Below the pieces are notes generated by a model. That model had not been told where the DNA came from. It made no database searches and saw nothing but the letters and a program-made list of their open reading frames with translations. Both the position numbers and the translations under genes were made by a program. A stretch of DNA of 63,747 nucleotides, filler included, from Rhabdomonas costata (taxonomy: Eukaryota), in assembly GCA_019059605.1 (NCBI GenBank). It is 34 parts of 34 records of this genome, joined end to end, with 100 filler letters (N's around TTAATTAATTAA, not from the genome) between each part and the next. Parts side by side here need not be neighbours in the genome. Positions count along the whole stretch, not along the records: positions 33,809 to 35,586 come from JAHMHO010009198.1; positions 35,687 to 37,464 come from JAHMHO010009199.1; positions 37,565 to 39,342 come from JAHMHO010009200.1; positions 39,443 to 41,220 come from JAHMHO010009201.1; positions 41,321 to 43,097 come from JAHMHO010009202.1; positions 43,198 to 44,974 come from JAHMHO010009203.1; positions 45,075 to 46,850 come from JAHMHO010009204.1; positions 46,951 to 48,728 come from JAHMHO010009205.1; 26 more parts are not named here. One strand, written 5' to 3'. Below, one piece after another: positions 35,586 to 49,278 of this stretch. Numbering within the stretch: the first letter of the stretch is position 1; each line of letters opens with the position of its first letter.

Positions 35586-37564
35586 ANNNNNNNNNNNNNN
35601 NNNNNNNNNNNNNNNNNNNNNNNNNNNNNNTTAATTAATTAANNNNNNNNNNNNNNNNNNNNNNNNNNNNNNNNNNNNNNNNNNNNTGTGGGGGTGGTAG
35701 AGAAGTGTGGATAGTGCCAACAAGAGCCGTGGTAAACTCGGACACCCCGACATCCTTCAAGACTCTTGGCATGCTCAGCTTCCTCACTCCAATGATTTGA
35801 CAAGAACCATGCACAACAACAGCGTGCCAGGAAACTCTCTGTACAGTACAGTCAACAATCAACATTCAGCGAACAATGGAGAAAGGCGAAACAATACTCT
35901 TCGTTCGCCAACGCCACCGATCAACTTCAGTCCTCGTGATCACTTTATTCCTGAGCAAGGGAAATTGAGGTTCATAAAGGAAAACTTTTTGGTTTGAAAC
36001 AATTGAAAACAAATTCAAAGACTTGCTCGTATCGCCCAAACTACCCAAACTGGGAGACAGGAATCCCCTAATCCGGCAAAAGAAACCGGAAAAGATGCTC
36101 TTGAACTTTTGGTGGGTGTGGCTACGGTTACATCCCCAAAGTCAGTCAACACAGAGCTCCTCATTGTTGGCAAGGTTTTCCATTCCTGGGTTGAGGCGGC
36201 ATTACCGCTGCGCGGTGACTGGGGCACATTCAGACAACTCCCAGTTGCAAGACAAACAAAAGAAAATCACCCATTGGTACGGAAACGCACCAGCCCCTAT
36301 TAGCGGAGTCTAAGAGTTTTCTTATTGCTTCTTATTGCGTCAGTTCTTTCAGATGATGCGCTACAAATAATGTTGTCCGTGCCACTCAAAAAAGGACAAA
36401 TCAACAATGCTAGAAGACTAAATCAGACGTTTTTGGTGTCAGAGGATGCGAAAGACTGGATTTCAATTGCGCACGTGTGTCTACTCTCTCGGCCGTTGCC
36501 GACAATTTACATACGAGACTGAGACAGCTTAGAAAACAGTTGTGAGTCACATTCTAATTTGTTGGGCGGAATGGTCACGAGGGATGGGAAAATCCGAGCT
36601 CCCTGGAAGCCACGAGGATTGGAGATTGAAACCACCGCGCATACCAGGGTGCTGGGCAAAACTCGCGCCAAACTGGGATCCTGAACAAGGGCCTCAAGGG
36701 GCATCCAGTCTGCCTCACGCATCTCCTGAAACTCTGTGTGAAGGAACATCAACAATAGCGTTCCTGGAATGGAAAATGGAGACCCTCCTCCACTTCCTCA
36801 TAAACACGCAAAACTACTCAATGATTCCACGTAATGATTCCACGTGATTCCGGCATGCCACCTGTCTCGATGGGGGCGAAATATGGCTTCGCTGGTGTAC
36901 TTTCAGCGCCCGGGACCAAAACGTGAGACTAAATCCCCTGCACCCTTTTTGCCGGGTCGCGGGTCTTAACATGAATCCTTGAATGAAGAGCCTCTGACTC
37001 CGAGGCAGAGCTCAAGAGGTTGAACTCTGCCTTCTTTGTCCTTGGCGACCTTGCCCGGAGGGGGAGTATGACCTCAGACACGCAGAGCGGGGTGTCAGCC
37101 CGGTTTGGGTGGACTCACACCCTGTGGCACCTCCGAGGACAATTTATCAATGGACACAGTAGCAACACAACTCCTCATCCTAACTCCTGCTCCAACCATA
37201 ACCTTTTGGCTGCACCCATTGCTAAAGTATTTAACGGCACCATTGGGAAATGAGCGCAGGCACCCGACACCTTGGCGGCACTGAGGGCTCAGCTCTACCA
37301 CCTCTGGGCCGTAGTACAGCGAGTCGAACAGCAATCCCCCAGCCCCACCACCGTCACCCCGAGGCAACACCGCCACTAGCCACACCCGGAGCTGGGCGGC
37401 GGTGGCGCACAGCGCGGCGCTCGCCGTGTAACCCATCTCCACCGCAGCAATGGGCCCCACACAANNNNNNNNNNNNNNNNNNNNNNNNNNNNNNNNNNNN
37501 NNNNNNNNTTAATTAATTAANNNNNNNNNNNNNNNNNNNNNNNNNNNNNNNNNNNNNNNNNNNN

Positions 37565-38845
37565 GTGGGGTTGGAGCTTACTCAGCAGAACTTCCGGCGG
37601 GAGGTCTCTCGGCACGCCTCTGCCACGATGGTTGTGTACTTCTTTGCCACAACAAACTGCTCAGCGTGCGAGCTGGTGAGTCACCCCCATCTCCCGGCAT
37701 CTTCGTGGGAAACGTTCGTTCCTGGCGTCTGGGGAAATGATGCTCAAGCTCTTTTCATTTTACCAATTGAACACGCGCTTCAGCCATAGCAGTTCGAGGA
37801 CTGCAGGAGTGACACACAGAGAAGAAGAAAGTAGAGAGGCATGCCAGTCAAAGAAAACGAATTTCACGGGGAAGGTATGAAAGGAGGAAAGGTGTAGAGG
37901 GCAAATGTCAGTTTTCAATAAGAGTCTATTGTGCCACAGAAAAAGTGGAGCACGTTCTTGTTCTGCTGCGAGCAGAATATTTTCGTCTACCACGTTTCTT
38001 CCGGCACCCGGATCTTCCTTCATGATAATAACGCATGCACATCCAACATTTTTGCGTCAGAGTTGGCACTTGCGTGTGTGGAAAGTCGAAAGCAACGCCT
38101 TATAGAGATAATCACACGCCTTAGAGATAATCGGCGCGTGAGCTGCCGCGTTGCTATAACGTGAGCAGGGGATGTGAATCAGGACACTTTGCAAGGTGTC
38201 TCAATAGGTTTTTGTTGAATCAAATTCGGCATTTTAAGCGATGAATCATTCTGAACCTTTCTGGATAGACCCCTCTCTTTCGCTCAAAGAAGGAGTGCCC
38301 CCCACCTCTGTGAAAGAAATGTACGTTAACTTATCCTTTCTCTCATCGCTCTCGTGACGAATGGAATGTGCGCAAAAGTCCCGGTCTCTTCCATTGAGAC
38401 GGTTACTTTTCACTTTTCTTGTTGCACGCTCAGTACGCTCCGGCGTTCGAGAAGGTGGCTTCCGCCGCTTCTCGCCAGGATAACGTGGTCTTTGCGTGGT
38501 GCGACCTTGACGACTTTGATAGTCTGGACGTACGTGAGCTTGTTCCTCCTCGTTTGCTTAAGTGCCTGCACTTCCTCTTGCTGCTCTTTTCCGCACAGAC
38601 AAAGAGAACCTGGAAAATGGGATTCTTTCGAAACTCTTTGAAATAATCATACACCTGACGCACTGGAATGGGCGTGTCGTCAAAAGCTCCTCCCGTTCAC
38701 CATGGGCGTTTCAAGCTGTCGTTTCTCGGATCGGATGGCATTGGCGTTTGCAAAGATGGGTTCCGCTGCGTGTAGATTCTTAAGGGGTACAACATGACTT
38801 CCCTTCCTGCGGTGTACGTGTTCCGGGAGCATCTGAGCTGGCTGG
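37565..38845 (+). CDS. Thioredoxin/PDI-fold protein with CSAC motif (fragment)
   Basis: Exons are 37565-37675 (ELTQQNF..VVYFFATTNCSACEL), 38434-38529 (YAPAFEKVA..VVFAWCD) and 38776-~38845 (ILKGYNMTSLPAVYVF, with the cis-Pro motif). Confidence 0.8.
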
Positions 38846-39743
38846 TTTGCTGCTTTTCTTCCCCTGCATTGTATTTCTTTAAAATGGGCGAGCAGGAGGA
38901 CGTTGACGATGACCTTTATGTGTCCTGTTTGTGTGTTTGTGGTTCTGCTCAGCGAAGGTTGGCAGACTACTTTACATATGTGTCAATGAGGGGTCTGGTT
39001 GTGCCCTTACCATGCCTTTTACCTTTCCACCGTTGCTTTGCGGGCTAGTCTTCTCGCTATCCACAGCATTGCCCCTCTCGTCCACAACTTTCACAACCAC
39101 TGGTTGTGCTTGATACAACTCCTCCTTGTTTCCCCCAATTGCTAGTTTGGAGGAGCCCTCACGCAGGCCAGCCTGCTGACCTACGTCTACAAGGTATGCA
39201 CCATTTACTTTTGAAGGTGCAAGAGGACTGACATAGGGCGCTTCACATTTTTTCACATTCTTTTTTGTGGTTCCACGCATGTTAGGGTCCAGACTAGTCG
39301 AAATAACGGCTGTACCGTTCTACCGCGAGGAAAAAACACCACNNNNNNNNNNNNNNNNNNNNNNNNNNNNNNNNNNNNNNNNNNNNTTAATTAATTAANN
39401 NNNNNNNNNNNNNNNNNNNNNNNNNNNNNNNNNNNNNNNNNNGGTGTGTGGGTACCGCTGCTGTCTTCGGGTGGCTTCGAATTTGTCTTTGGTTTGTAGG
39501 GTAAAAAGATCAGAGGTTCCGCTCGTCTGTTCTTTCTTCAACTGCCCTCTGTCGGATGGTCAATACCCTCTTCTTTCTCTCGGGTACAAAGTTGACCACT
39601 GATAAGGAAATTATCTTCTTGTGTGATGCATATCTTCAGCTTTCAGGGCATATAAACGGGTGTAACTCGTGCTCAAGTTGGCCAACGCTTAACTGACAGT
39701 TGAATTTATTCATCGCCTTTTTCCTTTGGGCTGGTTTTTGCAG

Positions 39744-41055
39744 AGCTGCCGGGGCCGGAGTGCTTTGTGGTGCGTTTGCTATTGCATGACTGCAAGAGCG
39801 GCTTTGCGGCCGCTCTGGGCGACGCGTTGCTTTCCTGTGCTCAGCGGTCGAACTTGCAGAACGCTCCGCGAGTTCCAATCCCCCCAAGCGCTTTGGTCCC
39901 ATTCCTGCTGACTTTGGACTGTATTGTTGCTCTCTCCAATTGTCTGGCTGCCGTGTACCTGGGACTCCACTCCAGTTGTATGGGCACTCCGGCGGTGGGC
40001 GCTGGCCTTCAGCTGCTGTCTCTCTGCTGTGGACTGACCCTTTGCCATTCCGTGGTGACTGCATTGCGAGCTCCCGTGGCAGCATTTCCGGTGTGGTGTG
40101 TGCTATCCTCATGGCTTCCAGTGCTGAAACACAGCATCAGCCACCTCCCAGCGATTTTGGACGAAGTGCTGGGCAGGGAGATGGGTGATGAGGGAAAGGA
40201 GGCTGGCCAGCCTGTCGAGCTTCTGGAATTTCTGTGTTCGTTGTGCAAGGATTTGATGGCCCGGTTGGCTTTGGTTCTTCATGAGTTGTCTGGGGATGCG
40301 GAATCCAGTCTGGAACATAACTGGGCGGTTGTGAGCCTACTCGGATCCCTCTGCGATCTTGTGTCCCTGCTGGGTGGAAGTGTGAGCGAAGCTCAGCAGG
40401 AGGTCAGGATGGTTCTGACCTCCTTTATTTCCGAGTTGCCCTTTTCTGAGGAAAACCTCCGCCGTGCGCTGGGATCGCGGTGGGAAGCTGCTTTGAGAAT
40501 GGCCGGCCTGGAGCACAGGCAGGAAAAAAATTTTGAAGGCGAACCCAAAGGTTGTTGTTTCCCCGGTTTTTTTGACGGAAAGGCAATACGTGTTTGCATT
40601 TTCTGATTTGCTCTCAGCAGCTTTGCACAGTCAACACGATTGATAGTTCCTTATTTGTGTTAGCCTTCCTTTTGTTATGAAATTCACACTCAAGCCCTGA
40701 AATAGCGATGGCCAGAACGCTGGTCAAAGTCAAAGTCTAAAAATTGTTTAGGATTGTGGCTTAAAGTGAACATGCCTGCGCTCATGCCTGCGCTCATGTC
40801 GGATTTGGGTTTGCTTAGCTATTGGAGGAGGAGCAAGTGTTTCCTGTTCTCTGTCCGATGGTCTGTGTGTCTGTCTGTATCTCCTGACCTGTCCCTGTGG
40901 CCACCGCTGGATTTTCAGCTTAAGGCCGACAGAAAGTTTGCGAACATTGTTTTTCAGGCTTTGAGCATGCCTCCAGCTCCAACTTCGGGGTCCATGTGGA
41001 GCGTGAAGACGGCGTTCAGCTGCTATTGCAGAAGCTTGCTGACTCCTCCAGCCCG
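39744..41055 (+). CDS. Leu-rich alpha-helical protein of unknown function (fragment)
   Basis: An 807-nt exon (39744-40550) and a phase-compatible exon (40958-41055), joined by a GT-AG intron. Confidence 0.6.
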
Positions 41056-41816
41056 GTATGGCATTTTGCAATATGGAGTGCTGCTCTCGTCCCTTCCCTC
41101 CAGACCCATCAACTTCCTGAACTTTCGGTGCACATCACCTGGAAATGAAGAAGAAAAATTCATGAGATTGTTTTATTTTCGCCTTTTCATCTCACGAACA
41201 TGCAAATGCAACAGACACAANNNNNNNNNNNNNNNNNNNNNNNNNNNNNNNNNNNNNNNNNNNNTTAATTAATTAANNNNNNNNNNNNNNNNNNNNNNNN
41301 NNNNNNNNNNNNNNNNNNNNGTGGTGGGTGGGGGGAAGGGAGAAAAGAGTCCAAGAATTTTTAGAGAGACTCAGAGCTGAGCAGCTGAATGACCTGATGC
41401 CTCACTGGAGTGACTGGCGTTTCGACCCTGGCGGAGTGGTTAGGGTATTATCAGCAAGGCACCATCTTCGCCTACTTGGACGCTCTTCGTCGGGTTGTGA
41501 AGTGGAGGTCGACTTTTTGATGCTTCGCATCCGAAATAGGATGATGGGTCGGGTTCTCGATGTGCGAGATTTGGGGTGAAGTGATGTTGGATGCTGCGTT
41601 TGAGGTGGGGTTAAATGAGAGAGAGAGAGCGAAGCGAGAGAGGGTTCCCCTCAGTCGGGCTTTGGTCGCCTTAGCCATTTTGCGGTATGCCGCCATTGGC
41701 CTGGCCGGCATTGGTTACCCTTCTCCTCGTTCTCCTCGCTTATCTCCCAGGATTGAAGTTGAGGATCATTTTGGTGAGCTCCTCGATTTTTTTCCAGAGG
41801 GATTTGGGGGGCATGC

Positions 41817-42894
41817 CCGGAGATCTCGCTGAGGTAGGGGTGCTGCAGGGCGCCCCGGGCGGTAATCCTTCGCTTGGCGTCGTACCGCAGCAGCTGTGCC
41901 AGCAGGTCCACCGCGGAAGGGTCCAGTTTCTCCCCCTCGGGGCACACAAAGACCTCTGAGAAGTCCAGCCCCTTGCGGTTGGAGAAGAAGTCCCTGTCCA
42001 ACACACGCACCCACCGCCACCTTACCAACGACTTTTTTCGGGCCGTTGATGTTAATAGTGGCCCACCCTTTCTTTTCCAAGTGAGGGACAAGCTAACAAG
42101 AAGAGAGGCCTACACCGAAGCAGGTGTGGGTGAACATACCACAGGCCTCCCGAAACGCGGCGTGACCGGGTCACAGGGTTTCGTGAGCCTTCACCCTCGG
42201 CCCCTTGGCAGCGCTTTCGTTTCCCTTTTGCGCCCCGCTTCTTACCCCCACGGAGCGGAGGGTTTACGGAAACACCCACAGCATTGCAAACCCCCCACCT
42301 ATCCACCCAAATGGCGCTCGCTGCCTACGACATACCTGAGGTTGATGCTTGCGCTTTCCGGTGCTGTGAGACTGCACTTTTTTGACGACAAAGGTTGAGG
42401 CTGGTTTTGGTTAAAATTCAGCCGGGAGGATGAGGCAGCATGGCTTTTTTGACCATAAAATGCAAAGTGCCAGCATCCACGCAAATAAAAGCGAAGTTCA
42501 CCGTGTTGTGCGGAGAACGGGGGAGTATACCCATACACCAAGGAAATAAACTGGTACGATGAGCGGAAGGGTTCCAAGCGATTCCAACTGTGCGCTAGGT
42601 CTCTGGTCTCTGGGAAGGAGGGGGGAGAAGAGGTGATGCGGCGTAAAAAGACCGAGGGAATCAAAAAAGGCTGCCAACCCCCGTGATGCATAGAGTCACT
42701 GGGACACTACGGTGGGTGCGGCGCAGCGCAGCGAAACACTGCTTGGAGTCCTGGGGGAGGGGGGAAAGCACAGACGTCACGGCTCTGCGCCAGTCGTCGT
42801 CAGCGAGGTCCACAAGCTCCTCTGTGGTTGGGGTTCCCAGGAGGTGGGTGATGAAGTCCAGCATCTCCACCTCGTCCCTGCCCTTGAACAGACC
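41817..42894 (-). CDS. CMGC (MAPK-like) protein kinase, C-lobe fragment
   Basis: Exon 42894-42776 encodes LFKGRDEVEMLDFITHLLGTP. Exon 41993-~41817 encodes AVDLLAQLLRYDAKRRITARGALQHPYL. Confidence 0.88.
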
Positions 42895-44215
42895 CTGGGA
42901 AAGGGGAACGGCGCGATAGCGCTATGGACCTTCACCAGTAAGGAACACACTTACACGCCAAAGGTGGTGAAGAACCACCTCACAATTGAAAATTTACCCA
43001 AACCACGCGTAGCCCCACAGCAGCAGAACACCTATGATGCACAAGCCTTCAGATTGCGGTTCAGATGTGAGATACAGTCGTCCTACAACCCAACCCCNNN
43101 NNNNNNNNNNNNNNNNNNNNNNNNNNNNNNNNNNNNNNNNNTTAATTAATTAANNNNNNNNNNNNNNNNNNNNNNNNNNNNNNNNNNNNNNNNNNNNTGT
43201 TGTTTGTTTTCTGATAATCTTTCTGAGCTTTGCCTCATCGTTGCTTTTGAGGAGGTCCTGAGCTACGATGGTTGCCCTTTTTGGACCTGCGGTGCCGCGC
43301 TCGGCAGCTCAAATGCCTGTGTGCTCCCCTTTCTAAGCTTGCGACATAATTGCAAAGTATGTTACTTCCCTTCAAAAGCAGAGGGTGTGTGAACCAAAAA
43401 AACCATGTTTTTTGGTATAAAAAACCAGTTTTTTAGTATGACCTTATTTGCTTTAAGGATGGTCTCCCGCCGAAAGGGAGGTCAGAGGCCAATGTCGTCC
43501 AGTCACCCCTCGCAAGCCAGCCCGCTGACCCAATGCAGGACGCGTACACCCGCGTACACACACGTATGCCTGCCGGCCTATAGCCCATAGGGGGGCTGGG
43601 CCATAGTACACCAAAGTGCTCCCTGTACCCGGAACCCTCAAGGCCCCATTTCCCAGGTATGGGAGGGACCCCCACACACACAAGTGGGGGCGGGGTGTAC
43701 GATGGTTCGGTGTGTGGGGCTGCGCGAGCTAGGCAGGATAGGGCCGTCGTCATATGTGGTGCTTCCCCAGCCACTGTTGCACCCATTGCTTTTTAGCCGA
43801 ATCCTTCAACGTACAGTCTGACATCTTCCCTGCATCGCTTTGACACGTCATCATTCAGGTTTCTGCGCGTTGCCTTCTCTACTGCTGGCGTGGGGTCGCG
43901 TTGAGTTACCAATGGTTAGCTTCCTCCATTCTGCCGAGATGTTGCCCAAATCTCAGAAACCAGAGCCTGAAGTTCGAGCTGTGCACGTTAGTGCAACCGC
44001 TGCTTGGAACGTGATGGCAGCTCTGGCTAGTCGTCGGTGGCATAAGTGGCCGCTCGGTTTCCAGACAGACGTGCTCTCCACAAGGAATGGTCTCCAGTGC
44101 GGTCCAGGTGAAGAGCAGTTGCCGCGCTGGGGGGGTGGGGGGTGGAAAGACAGCCTATTCCAACGCCTCCGAGACGGAGCGAGCAAAAGAAAGTCAGAGA
44201 AAGGGGCGGAGGTAC

Positions 44216-44432
44216 TTTGGCTCGAAGGTCCATCGCAGCTTTCAGCAGGGCCTCCATGGTCTTGTGCATGTTGTGCTGCGCCGCGACGTGGGCAAGGGTT
44301 GAGCCCGTCTCCGAATCCACCACCGCATTGATCTCCATGACTTTCTCGGCGAGAGTGAGCCCCACCAGCGCTGCAGCCGAGCCATCATCCTTGCTGTCAG
44401 TGAGGGCGACCTCCAGGGGCACCCGCCCAGCA
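44216..44432 (-). CDS. Ankyrin-repeat exon
   Basis: GRVPLEVAL...INAVVDSETGSTLAHVAAQHNMHKTMEALL; bounded by AG and GT. Confidence 0.75.
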
Positions 44433-47169
44433 CTATTCTGTGGGACAAAGGGGCACAGGGAAGTGCACAACATGGTTCCGGAGTGCTTTTGAGGAATCCC
44501 TCTCTCCCACCAGCGGAGAGGATGGACCACTGCAATGCTCAAAGTATCTTCGCACGGAAGTAGAGGGTGACCCCAGCGAAGCCGGTCATGTGCAGCAGGC
44601 CCCTATCACTCAACATACCGGGGTGTGCCACAACTCAGCTGAATACTGACAACAAGTCAGCTGCCACAGGCCGCACTCTTTGCTGTTGCCCGCTTCAGGT
44701 GCAGTTGCACACATACACACATACCGGGACCCAGCAAAATAAGTGTTAAGGGCCTACAGGAAGGACGTGCTCACCGTTGAAAGGACTATAAATACTGTTG
44801 TGATGGGTTTCGAGGAGACATCGTTTGGCTCCGGAATTTGCGGAGACAATGTATTGATTTCGGGCGCGGAGGGCAACCGCGGCCCCGTGTAGCGCCACAG
44901 GTTTGACCTCATCTTCCCTTCCCGAACTCTTTTGGATCACAAATTCCGGAGCCAACCGATGTCTCCCCACAACCNNNNNNNNNNNNNNNNNNNNNNNNNN
45001 NNNNNNNNNNNNNNNNNNTTAATTAATTAANNNNNNNNNNNNNNNNNNNNNNNNNNNNNNNNNNNNNNNNNNNNGGGGGTGGTGGGTAAGTATGCCCTCG
45101 TGGCAATGAATAAAGCAAAGCCAATGCACGGAGAGCTGTTCAAAAAAACGGGCACGTTTATCCTGCGAGCCGAGGAAGGCACAGGAACCCAATACCTCTA
45201 ACGAGAGACGATTTTGAGTCACACTCCAGAGGTAACGAGCGACAAGCGACTTCTCTAGTTCCCGTACGCTGCACGGACCGGTGGCCGCGGTGAGGCTCCC
45301 TTTGGCGATCATCCCGCCGGTTTCACATCCTGGGTTCGGCATAATCGCCTGCGCGACGCTTGTGTGGAGAAGCGTGGTCCGGAGGAAGGACACGCCGCAG
45401 GGCGTCCTCATCCGCGTTTTCGCTGCCGCCACTTGACTCCGGCTGACCAGAACGGTGTTGAAAGAAAGGCGCACCTCAGGCCCACAGCGCCCACGAATGG
45501 GAGTGATGTAGAGCACCACAACGGCTCGGATGTGTGAAGAAAGAGGTCGTAAAGCATGAGGCATGACTCATGACGCTCCGCGGCATTAAACCCCGCCAAA
45601 CGGACCTCACCGCCTTGATGGGAGCCGACGAGCCCACAGGTTCCTTCTGTTGATCCGGGCATATTCAAAGACTCAACGATCGGGAGTGGGTATAGTGGAG
45701 AAGCCTGGGAACCTCATTTCCACCACCACGGGGATAATGTATGGCAACAGCCTCAAAGGAAGCTATCGGGCAGGTGAATTCAAATTCGGGAGTGTCGTCA
45801 AGAGCCCAGAGTTATCCGGCAGCCCCCAACTTTATTCCACCGCCACAGGGATGAGGTTCGCCAAACCGCTAATAGTCCTGAAACACACCTCTCATCGCTT
45901 TACCGAGCCTCTGGTGCTATCGATAATGCCCGATATGCTGCGGGTATTGAGTTCCTTTCTCGGGAAAAAAAAGGAGACCAAAATCAAAAGCAACCATAAA
46001 ACACGTCAAGTTGCACAAGCACTGCGCAATGAGGGTGAAAGAGAGCCGTGGGCAACGTCCTCTTGGAGGAACCAAGGGTGCAGTGCAGACAACGAGAATC
46101 AACCCGAAACCCCACCTCAACCCATTTCCTTATCACAACTCTTCCTGCAAAAGCTGATTCACCGTGTATGCACGGACCGCAGCGACACACACACACAATA
46201 CAGGCAATAAAAATGCACCACCATACATCCGCCGTGGGCATATGCGAATTGGCGCGAGACCACAGTGACTCAGGCAAAAAGGTCAAGATGGATGGGAACT
46301 ACAGCCTCCCAACTCCAGATAATGCACGGCAACCAACAGAGCACTTACGAGATGGCAGAAATCAAAGAGGGCATCCCTCAAGTTAGGGTGCATCACAGAG
46401 ACTGCGGTAGTATGTAGGCGTGCAAAAAAAAACAGAGAATGCATAAAGAGGGCAGGAGGACCATTTGACAGTGTATAAACTGGAACGGCACAGGGACGAG
46501 GGCATCCCTAACTCTATTTCATAATGAGCCGCCGGCTCCAGAAGCAATTGTGCTGCAACACATCAAAGAAGTATGGCTTATCTAGCTTTAGGGCCGAAAA
46601 AAGAGATCCCCCGACAAGAAAGCCAAGCCTCCCTGCTTTCCTTTACTCAGTCCCATCTCCACACAAAGGTGCTCTTCTCAACAGACGATAAAGGAAGGAG
46701 AAACGGAACAGAAGGGAAGAAGAAGGGAAAATCCAGAAAGGGGGGGGGTGGGGGATACCCTACCGGCAGCCTGCTACCGTACTGCAATATAAGAAGGACA
46801 AAAGAAGGAGGGACCGCATCGAAAAAAGGTGGACCCATGGAAAACACAACNNNNNNNNNNNNNNNNNNNNNNNNNNNNNNNNNNNNNNNNNNNNTTAATT
46901 AATTAANNNNNNNNNNNNNNNNNNNNNNNNNNNNNNNNNNNNNNNNNNNNTGTGGGGTGTCTCTTCGCCTCCCACTGTTTCCCTGCCACATTTCTCTCAA
47001 AGGGATCTTTAGGGGCTCCTTCCTCATGGTCTTGAAGCCCACTTGCACGTCATTATTCTGGCTTTTCTGGCTAGGGTGAGAAAGAAACAGTATGAGGCAC
47101 GTGGCAGTGGCGATCTATTCCCAGCCCCGCCTCCGGAGCGCGGTGGATGCCGGTATTTTCTTTTGACAG

Positions 47170-48244
47170 ATTTCAGCCGCGGATGTCGTGGAGATCTCCC
47201 CACAGGAGCTGTTTGCCGCTATTAACCCGTCCAGTGCCAGGGAGGACCCCGCCGTGGCCATCGTGGGGCTGGAGTACTCGCAGTTCTCGTGGGCCGCGAA
47301 GATGGGCTGGGCGACCAACAGCTATACTAACGTCTGCGTGCTGCTAAACGTCGGGTTGCTTGCAGAGCACCACCTGCGCTATCGGGGCAGAGTGCGCGAG
47401 TATGCGGGGTGTCTTTGCATGTGAATGTCATGCGCTTTCTGGATGGCTTTTGATAGGATTTCCGGGGGTTACGGGAGTGTTACGCGTGGGCTTTCTCGTT
47501 TCAACTCGAAACCTCCACATTGGGGGCTGTTATCCAAATACCTTCGCTTCGTATGTCCACCAATCTAGGATTCTTTCTTCTTCTTTCTATCTTCAATTCT
47601 CCGCTACGTTTGCACAGCATGTTTTTGAATATGTAATGAGCCTGTTGTTTGATTGGCGGGAGGCTATGAATGAGCTTGAATTTTCTGCCTGGCAGGTTGG
47701 CCTTCTTTCATTGACTCAGAGATTATGACCTCTCCCTGCAGCTGATCACAGCAGGCCTGAAGACTCTCCGATGCCGTAGCATCGCCTTTCGGGCACCCGA
47801 TATGGGCACCAACAAAGGTCGCTGTCCCGTTCCGTCGCCCCTTCATGCTCTCCTCTGCATGTCACCTCTCGTCAGTCAGATGTTTTCTGCTCATCGCTCA
47901 TCGCTCGCTGCTTCAAACTAATCACTCCCAATTTCCGAAGAGAACCTTTGTTGTTGTTGGCCCTGTGGATCAACAGGTGCAACCGCCATTAGGCCTCAGT
48001 GCCTTTGCTTCTGAGCGGATGGCAAATATTCTTTTGGTCTGACGTTCTTGTGATGGCAGGGGGAATGAAGCCCTATTATGACGACTGTGGCGCAGAGATT
48101 TTGGAGGCCAACGAGGCCTTTGTGGACCGCTGGTACCCCCTGTGCGATCACCAGGTGAAGGGTGCGAACAGCCGTCCGGACATTCGCGTACGATGGGCGA
48201 GCTTAGATAAGCTGCTGGACAAGTTCAGGTGTGAGGACCCCTAG
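47170..48244 (+). CDS. JGT: Base J glucosyltransferase (JGT)-like / TET-JBP-associated glycosyltransferase, C-terminal part
   Basis: GT-AG exons 47170-47399, 47720-47817 and 48060-48244 give GLEYSQFSW..NSYTNVCVLLN..RYRGRVREDYDLSLQLITAGLKTLR..F.APDMGTNKGGMKPYY..FVDRW..RPDIRVRW, ending in a stop. These motifs match kinetoplastid JGT and GREB1-like GT-A enzymes as I recall them. Confidence 0.8.
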
Positions 48245-49136
48245 TCATCAGAGCCTCTCTAAATCCCCGCCACCAACCTTCTTGCTCAGTCCAGGCACTT
48301 TCTGATTCTTTTTTCGGGCGGCGGCCAGAGGATAGAATTTTTTAATTTATGGAATCGAGGCTTCCCCCGAGTTCTTCTGCTTTAATCGAGGAACGTCCAC
48401 CGCTTTGATGCTTCAGTTTCTGCTGATGCATCAACGCAATAGTAGTCCATCGGATTATGGCAGAATACAGAGGCTGCGTAGACGCATTCATATGGAAACA
48501 ATAGTGGAACCACCGTGTCTTCCCCATTTTCCTGTTGCTTCTATTGGAATTCGTCCTTTTATTCAGGTTCTATCAAGCCCAGAAGACCCTTCATGGGTTC
48601 ACTTCGTAGGCGCTGTGAGGCTGCGTGGCCCCATGCATTTTTTTCCCACTGTGGCATTGACATTGAATAGAGTTCGCGTTCGCTGAACACGTTGCGGGCT
48701 ACGCACTCTTCGGTTTGCCAACCCCACCNNNNNNNNNNNNNNNNNNNNNNNNNNNNNNNNNNNNNNNNNNNNTTAATTAATTAANNNNNNNNNNNNNNNN
48801 NNNNNNNNNNNNNNNNNNNNNNNNNNNNTTGTGTGTGTTCGTGAGCGCATGGCGCACTGGCCGATGCGGAGCTGATGTCTCGACGTTCTCTAGCGATTGG
48901 TTGCACTTCTTGTTCCCGGAATCTGCTGGCGGCCAAAGACACTTGCCTATAGCTTGTGTGCGTGCGTGCGTGCGTGTGTGCGTGTGCGTGCGTGCGTAAA
49001 TGCGATTGCCCATCCAAGTCGAGGTTACACATCAAATGGGATGCATTACTCTGCGCACACAGGGAGTAAGGGAGAATAGAGACCAAAGGATAGAGGAGAG
49101 AAGGGAAGGCGACCCACCAATGGGAAGCGTCCGCAC

Positions 49137-49278
49137 GGTGTTCTGCGCGCCCCAGCTCTGGTAGATCGAGACCTCTTCCAGGAGGCCGTCGTGGCGGCAC
49201 AGCCCGAAGTCCCCCAGCTTGCACACCCCGTCCTGGCCCATCAGGATATTCGCGGGCTTGACGTCGCGGTGCATTTGC
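49137..49278 (-). CDS. Ser/Thr protein kinase catalytic-loop exon
   Basis: QMHRDVKPANILMGQDGVCKLGDFGLCR; bounded by AG and GT. Confidence 0.9.
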
